Virus record (IMG/VR): IMGVR_UViG_3300047457_000684
Coordinates: 1 to 52,846 of that record
Origin: a virus
Lineage: Duplodnaviria > Caudoviricetes
Strand: one strand, 5' to 3'
Length of the DNA stretch: 52,846 nucleotides
Shown here: positions 48,438 to 52,846 of the stretch, one piece after another
Layout: every line of letters starts with the position of its first letter
Position numbering within the stretch: position 1 is the first letter of the stretch
The notes under the pieces: generated by a model
What the model saw: only the letters and a program-made list of their open reading frames with translations
Told to the model about the DNA's origin: nothing
Database searches by the model: none
Program-made: the position numbers and the translations under genes

Positions 48438-49916
48438 CTACGCAGGCAATGACAGCTGCTGCCACTGGCTGGCTGTGACTGTGCGGGCAACGCGGCGTTT
48501 TGGCCTCGCTGCAGCAGGCACAGCAGGACAGGTAATCGCCTCTAGCTGGTGCATGCCAGCTCCCATTGGCGCCGGGGCCATAGGGATCACGGCATCGGGC
48601 TTGGCACGCCGCAGGATGTTCACCGCTGCGTTGTGGTCGGCATTCATCGTGTGCCCGCAGCTGGTGCAGCGGAACAGCGACTGGCTGACGCGGCTGGCAC
48701 CGTCAACCACGCCGCACGCTGGACACGAACGGCTTGTATTGGTAGGGCTGACGCGCTCCACCGTGCGACCCAGGTCGCCAGCCTTCGCCTCCAGCATCGA
48801 ATACAGCCCGCCAATCCCTGCATCATGCAGTGCACGGTTCAGGCCAGCCTTCGACGCTGCATTGTTCGGCAGGTATCCGGTCCCATCCTTGTTCGGCTTT
48901 GCCGCCGGCCGCCGCACCATGTTCGCCAGCTTTAGATCCTCAACCACCACCGTCCCGTAGGTACGCAGCAGGTAGGTAGTGGTCTTGTGAGCGAACAGCT
49001 TTCGCGTGCGCCGGATTCGCTCATGCAGCAGCGCCAACTTCGCCACGGTCTTTTGCCAGTTGGCGCTGCCCTTCTGCTGCCGTGCCATCTGCTGTTGCAG
49101 CCGCTTCAGCTTGCGCAGCCCAGCAGCCAAAGCCGCAGGGCCGTCAATGTGCTTCCCGGTGCTGGTGGTGAGCGTGTGCGCCACGCCAGCATCGATACCA
49201 ACCGCTAACGACGTCTCGCGCACCTTCGGCGCTGCCACGTTGCCCACCAGCAGCAGATACCAGCCGGAGGGCTCGCGGCTCACCCTGAAGGTGCAGCACT
49301 CCAGACCGTCGGGCCATCGCCGACCATCACGGTTGCCCTTAATCCGCAGCTCGCCCAACACCGGCAACTTCACGATGTCGCCATGCACCGCCGTGGATTT
49401 CTTGCAGTCCTGATCGCTCAGTGTGGTGATCGGAAACCGATCAGACTTGAATCGCGGCATCTTCCGCTTGCCCTTGCGATACTCGCCCCACGCCGTAGCA
49501 AGAGCCTTCAGCGTACCGCGCAGCAGATTGTTGGGGCAGCCCTGCAGCTCCGGCCAGCTGGGGTGGTTCTTCTTGGCGAAGAACGACGCCAGGCTGAAAT
49601 AGCTGTCATTGCTCAGCCGCGGCTGCCGGTAATCCTGCGGGATCGGACAGCTCAGGCCGGCGCGACGATGCGTCCTGATCGTGCTGTATGGGATGGCCTG
49701 CCAGCTGTCGTCCGGGGCCTTCTGCCAGCGGTAGGACCACGGCACCGGGCAGCAGGGCGCTAGGGCCTTATCGGCTTTGTTGTAGTGACTGAAGGCCTCG
49801 ATCTCCTGCAGCAGGGCTAGGCCGTAGTTCCAAACCCGCCGCTGGAGCAGCAGCCAGGCCTCCAGCTGAGCCTCCTGGCTGCGGGTTGGGTAGGCTCTAA
49901 ACTCCAATGTGCGCAT
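48438..49916 (-). CDS. TnpB/Cas12-like RNA-guided RuvC nuclease, 492 aa (compact type V / V-U-like effector)
   Basis: MRTLEFRAYPT N-terminus; RuvC-I VGIDAG, RuvC-II VVEDL, CPAC...CTSC Zn finger, RuvC-III NADHNAAVNI; AAGGGG RBS before ATG 49916. Confidence 0.92.
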   Translation of the reverse strand: MRTLEFRAYPTRSQEAQLEAWLLLQRRVWNYGLALLQEIEAFSHYNKADKALAPCCPVPWSYRWQKAPDDSWQAIPYSTIRTHRRAGLSCPIPQDYRQPRLSNDSYFSLASFFAKKNHPSWPELQGCPNNLLRGTLKALATAWGEYRKGKRKMPRFKSDRFPITTLSDQDCKKSTAVHGDIVKLPVLGELRIKGNRDGRRWPDGLECCTFRVSREPSGWYLLLVGNVAAPKVRETSLAVGIDAGVAHTLTTSTGKHIDGPAALAAGLRKLKRLQQQMARQQKGSANWQKTVAKLALLHERIRRTRKLFAHKTTTYLLRTYGTVVVEDLKLANMVRRPAAKPNKDGTGYLPNNAASKAGLNRALHDAGIGGLYSMLEAKAGDLGRTVERVSPTNTSRSCPACGVVDGASRVSQSLFRCTSCGHTMNADHNAAVNILRRAKPDAVIPMAPAPMGAGMHQLEAITCPAVPAAARPKRRVARTVTASQWQQLSLPA

Positions 49917-49922
49917 GGCCCC

Positions 49923-49951
49923 TTGCCATCTGACGCGCATCGTACTACGAT
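49923..49951 (+). promoter_or_regulatory. Sigma70-type promoter for the RHH gene and possibly the array
   Basis: TTGCCA-17 nt-TACGAT; ATG 49958 lies 7 nt after the -10 box. Confidence 0.7.
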
Positions 49952-49957
49952 TGGAAC

Positions 49958-50137
49958 ATGGCTGAGGGGGTTCGGATCCAGCTTGTCGTTCCTGAAGGAC
50001 TGGCGACCGCTCTACGCGAGCGTGCAAAAGCCGAAGGGCGCACCGTCTCCAATCTGGGGGCGTTCCTACTGGAAACCGCACTCCGTCAACTACCTCCCCT
50101 GTTCGGGGGCTCGCCTGGGTTGGACCGGGAGAGTTGA
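49958..50137 (+). CDS. Ribbon-helix-helix (CopG/Arc-like) regulator, 59 aa, probably leaderless (not in ORF track)
   Basis: Manual translation MAEGVRIQLVVPEGLATALRERAKAEGRTVSNLGAFLLETALRQLPPLFGGSPGLDRES. Confidence 0.85.
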   Translation: MAEGVRIQLVVPEGLATALRERAKAEGRTVSNLGAFLLETALRQLPPLFGGSPGLDRES

Positions 50138-50140
50138 AAC

Positions 50141-50260
50141 GCCTGCCCCTGGCCGCTTGCGGTGTCAGCAGGAAGCCACCTCAGTGGCATCTGCTCCCAT
50201 GGGGAGCACCCATCCCACAACGATCACATGCCCTCGATCGTTAGCTCATTTCCTGAGCTG
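50141..50260 (+). ncRNA. Candidate tracr/scaffold RNA
   Basis: Consecutive hairpins: CCTGC...GCAGG, GCCAC/GTGGC, TGCTCCC/GGGAGCA, AACGATC/GATCGTT, AGCTCA/TGAGCT; CCCATC complementary to the repeat's GATGGG. Confidence 0.45.
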
Positions 50261-50312
50261 CGCGCAGATGGCCCTGAAAGCCACTGCACTGCAACGGTTT
50301 TCAACACAGGGG
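50258..50312 (+). promoter_or_regulatory. CRISPR leader-like sequence
   Basis: CTGCGCGCAG palindrome and TGAAAGCC...GGTTTTCA dyad just before the first repeat; recalled as resembling cyanobacterial leaders. Confidence 0.5.
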
Positions 50313-50465
50313 GTCTCTACTGTTGCTCTTGGGCAATAAGAAAGGGCTGATTCAGCAGTCTCTACTGTTGCTCTTGGGCAATTGATGGGCAACGGTGGGC
50401 AAGTGAGTGCTCGACACCAGGCAGGCCTGGTCTCTACTGTTGCTCTTGGGCAATTGATGGGCAAC
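50313..50465 (+). CRISPR. Mini CRISPR array, repeat GTCTCTACTGTTGCTCTTGGGCAATTGATGGGCAAC (36 bp)
   Basis: Truncated repeat 50313..50337 (first 25 nt), 20-nt spacer, full repeat 50358..50393, 36-nt spacer 50394..50429, full repeat 50430..50465. Confidence 0.88.
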
Positions 50466-50627
50466 CTCACCGTCCGTTCCAACCTGGCCGCAGCATGCCT
50501 CACCTGTAACCGCCGCAAGGGGCACAGGGAGGTGTTCTCGTGGTGGCGTGAGCAACCCTACTGGAGCGAGCTTGGGCAGGCCCGCCTGATCGACTGGATC
50601 ACACATGCGTCCAGGTCTTGCGGTTGA
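50466..50627 (+). pseudogene. 3' remnant of HNH-1
   Basis: 50466..50554 identical to 741..829; lacks the CAYC and DH motifs. Confidence 0.85.
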
Positions 50628-50943
50628 CGATCCTGCTCACCGTGGCGGGGGCAATGCCGTATTCGGCAGCCAGCTGGTAGTTCGGCACGCCATCAGCAGC
50701 CTGCTGCCGCATCCGCCTTACGTCTTCCTCCAGCAGCACCGCAGCACCATTACGGCTGCCCGGCGCCTTCGGTCGCCCCAGCTGCGTGCCTGGCACGGGG
50801 CCAGGCTTGGTTGAGAACGGCCGCTCGATGGTGCGCTGCCTGAACCCGCAGCGACACCGATACCAGCGGTGCGTGCCATCGCTACGACGTTCGGTAACAA
50901 TCACCCGTAGCGCATTCACTGCGCCGCACTTCGGGCAGTTCAT
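50599..50943 (-). CDS. Zn-ribbon plus HTH protein (allele 2 counterpart of 851..1336)
   Basis: CPKC...YRCRC; LAAEYGIAPATVSRIV. Confidence 0.7.
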   Translation of the reverse strand: MNCPKCGAVNALRVIVTERRSDGTHRWYRCRCGFRQRTIERPFSTKPGPVPGTQLGRPKAPGSRNGAAVLLEEDVRRMRQQAADGVPNYQLAAEYGIAPATVSRIVNRKTWTHV

Positions 50944-51752
50944 TTACGACGCAATAATTCAAACGTCAGTCCCAACACTGGTACTGACCGGCCTTGCACA
51001 ATCGCATTGCTAATCGTTGCATGTGATACATGCAACTCACTTGCAGCAGCAGTCTGACTAGGCCATACCCTCCCAGTCTCTATGCACCGCACTCGATAAT
51101 CACTACTCCGCAATGGATGCTCACTGGCAACCTGTTCGGCCAACTCACGATCTTCCAGTAACGCGTATAACTGATCTACGCTGTATCCTCCAAGGATATG
51201 AGGCATCTCATGCGCAAGACGTCGCCATGCTGACCGCTTGACATACCACACATTACCAACCCTCAACGGCTCCAGTATCCTCTTAACTCCGTGCTGATGT
51301 ATCCATTTATTGACGCGTGAGTTTTTACAATTCAATATCTCAGCAACGACTCCAGTTGTTACCCACTCACCATTACGACCGCTGCACTGGTGACCCAGCT
51401 TGTATAGACGCACTGCAATCGCCTTAGGTGTGCGTACCGGCCAGCCGTGTTCCGCCGCTCGCTTTGCCATACGTTTGCACAGCAACGGAAACGGGACATC
51501 ACCAACGATTTTCTCAAGATACGCAGTCTCATCAGCTAACCATTTAGCCGCTGGTATTTTCGCTGTAATCGCGTTGCCATAACCTACTGCTATCCCAGAC
51601 CGTCGTAACCGTGCTGCAATAGATTTCCGCGTTCGTACTGGCCAGCTATTCACCTGGGCTAGCTCAGTCATCTGTTCCACGATCTCATCGAATCGCATCC
51701 GCCGCGCCAGATCCTCCAGCGCTTCCCGTTCTTCTGGCAGCCAGTTACTCAT
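50940..51752 (-). CDS. Hypothetical DNA-binding protein (allele 2 homolog of 1333..2148)
   Basis: Shared MSNWLPEER...SIAARLRRSGIAVGYGNAIT...LLEDRELA. Confidence 0.7.
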   Translation of the reverse strand: MSNWLPEEREALEDLARRMRFDEIVEQMTELAQVNSWPVRTRKSIAARLRRSGIAVGYGNAITAKIPAAKWLADETAYLEKIVGDVPFPLLCKRMAKRAAEHGWPVRTPKAIAVRLYKLGHQCSGRNGEWVTTGVVAEILNCKNSRVNKWIHQHGVKRILEPLRVGNVWYVKRSAWRRLAHEMPHILGGYSVDQLYALLEDRELAEQVASEHPLRSSDYRVRCIETGRVWPSQTAAASELHVSHATISNAIVQGRSVPVLGLTFELLRRK

Positions 51753-52734
51753 GCCACCCTCCCCCGTTAAACAGTGTTTGTTGCTCATTGCCAATGCAGG
51801 CAGGCGACAGCCAAAGCCGCTCGCGGCGGCCGTTGAAGCTGTTAGTGCTGTAGCCAGCGCCTCCGCCCGCCTTGCCCTCAGTCACGGTCCAGCCGTGGCT
51901 CAGCAGCGGGTCGTGTTCGTCGTCGTAGCCGCAGAGGATGATCCGCAGCTCACGCGGTGCAGTGATGCACCACTCGCGCACGGCGATGGCGACATCACCA
52001 CCGGCATGGGCATAGAGATCGCCGCTGGTGGCGTAGGGCGGGTCAAGGAATATGGCGCGGCTGCCATCTCCTCCTGTCCCCGATCGGATTACGGATGGTT
52101 TCACCACCCGTTCCCATGATCCGCAGGTAATGCGCACGCGATGCAGCCGATTCGCCAACGCTTTCAAGTAGGCCTGCAGTTGGCCTCTCCCGGCGTTGCC
52201 CAGGTGGGGCAGCTCTCGATTCACGCCTTGCCCGGCGTCGCCCAGGTGGGGCAGCTCTCGATTCACGCCTCTCCCGGCGTCGCCTACTTTCCGCAGGTGG
52301 CCATCGACGACCCGCCACGGGCCAGGGCCGAACGGGTCACCGATGCCGCAGGCCAAGACGTATAGCCACCAGCCTGCGGCCTTCGCGTCGTGCGCTTCAG
52401 GATCGCCCTCCAGCCATGCCACAAGGTCGGGCGTTCGGCGTTCTTGTAGCCAGGCCAACCGGGCGTGATAGTCGATCTCCGCCACCGGACCCCATGCCGC
52501 AGCGGCGACGGCATCAGGGCTTAGCTGAATCGCGCGCCAGGCATTGATCAGCCAGCCGTCGACATCGTTCAGGGTCTCGACGCGGCGGCCCGTGAATGGC
52601 GGGCGGGCCAGCAACACGGCGGCAGATCCGGCGAACGGCTCGACATAGCCGGACGGATCACCCAGCGCCTGCCAGATGCGCGGCGCGGCGCGGCGTTTGC
52701 CGCCGAAATATGGAAACGGTGCAGCGAGAGTCAT
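51745..52734 (-). CDS. N6-adenine DNA methyltransferase (D12/Dam-like)
   Basis: PYFGGK, EPFAGS, ND, FLDPPY. Confidence 0.9.
   Translation of the reverse strand: MTLAAPFPYFGGKRRAAPRIWQALGDPSGYVEPFAGSAAVLLARPPFTGRRVETLNDVDGWLINAWRAIQLSPDAVAAAAWGPVAEIDYHARLAWLQERRTPDLVAWLEGDPEAHDAKAAGWWLYVLACGIGDPFGPGPWRVVDGHLRKVGDAGRGVNRELPHLGDAGQGVNRELPHLGNAGRGQLQAYLKALANRLHRVRITCGSWERVVKPSVIRSGTGGDGSRAIFLDPPYATSGDLYAHAGGDVAIAVREWCITAPRELRIILCGYDDEHDPLLSHGWTVTEGKAGGGAGYSTNSFNGRRERLWLSPACIGNEQQTLFNGGGWHE
52189..52284. repeat. In-frame 42-bp tandem repeat (about 2.3 copies) inside the adenine MTase
   Basis: Encodes GDAGRGVNRELPHL-GDAGQGVNRELPHL-GNAG. Confidence 0.9.
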
Positions 52735-52846
52735 GCCACCCTCCCCCAGTGCCCCTTCGCCTGCCGCGCCGCCATCACATGCCGGGCCCAGCCACGGGGG
52801 TTCTTCATGCCGCGACGTTTCCCGATATCCACCAGCTGCTCCAGCG
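52731..52846 (-). CDS. 3' end of the SF2 helicase (partial, second copy)
   Basis: Identical to 3238..3353. Confidence 0.9.
   Translation of the reverse strand, partial: LEQLVDIGKRRGMKNPRGWARHVMAARQAKGHWGRVA

Larger units (their letters stand above)
48435..50465. mobile_element. 2031-bp RuvC nuclease + RHH + mini-CRISPR cassette replacing 565..740 of allele 1
   Basis: Flanks match allele 1 up to 564 (...GAAGGCCTGG) and again from 741 (CTCACCGTCC...). Confidence 0.85.
1..52846. mobile_element. Temperate siphovirus (lambda-like morphogenesis), about one genome plus a second allele of the early region; probable picocyanobacterial host
   Basis: Complete terminase-portal-protease-capsid-tail-lysis order, serine integrase and primase; 1..3353 recurs in variant form at 47053..52846. 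Confidence 0.95.

Noticed and set aside
48438-49916. Cas12k / CAST system
   Set aside because: RuvC catalytic residues are intact, the protein is shorter, and no tnsB, tnsC or tniQ is present
49917-50081. 55-aa N-terminal extension of the nuclease in the ORF track
   Set aside because: Overlaps the RHH gene on the other strand; TnpB-like sequence and an RBS begin at ATG 49916
48435-50465. Ordinary IS200/IS605 or IS607 insertion (TTAC at the left edge recalls the IS608 target)
   Set aside because: No tnpA or recognisable IS ends; 176 bp are replaced instead of a clean insertion; TTAC coincides with the nuclease's tandem stop codons
50246-50627. ORFs crossing the array (50246..50518, 50352..50606, 50382..50627)
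   Set aside because: Translations merely reflect the repeats; the in-frame ATG in the last repeat would give only a catalytically incomplete HNH fragment
1-52846. Diversity-generating retroelement, retron, tRNA or rRNA genes
   Set aside because: No reverse transcriptase motifs, adenine-specific repeat pair or cloverleaf seen by eye; a tRNA scan was not possible

Overview
The window is a nearly complete temperate siphovirus genome of about 47-50 kb with lambda-like head and tail genes. A picocyanobacterial host (Synechococcus/Cyanobium type) is inferred from the phage-encoded group-2-like sigma factor, frequent CGATCG/GCGATCGC sites and a cyanobacterial-style CRISPR repeat and leader. Gene order: early and replication genes (VRR-NUC, HNH, DNA MTase, SF2 helicase, P4-like primase-helicase, iteron-rich ori, KilA-N), candidate cos, terminase, portal, protease, capsid, tail, lysis, sigma factor, serine integrase, dCTP deaminase, small ORFs, SSB and a RecT-like protein. 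The window wraps past one genome length: 1..3353 and 47053..52846 are two different alleles of the same region, so they can be compared directly. The main finding is a 2031-bp cassette (48435..50465) in the second allele that replaces 565..740 of the first. It encodes a 492-aa TnpB/Cas12-like RuvC nuclease with intact catalytic motifs, a divergent and apparently leaderless ribbon-helix-helix regulator absent from the ORF track, a multi-hairpin non-coding region, a leader and a mini CRISPR array with 36-bp repeats. No cas1, cas2 or transposase is present. The last repeat is fused directly to phage HNH-gene sequence that is identical over 89 bp to the cassette-free allele, so it could act as a homing guide. 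The two alleles also carry different methyltransferases (a C5 MTase split over two overlapping frames versus an N6-adenine MTase) and different intact HNH genes. All family assignments come from motif recognition, not database searches.
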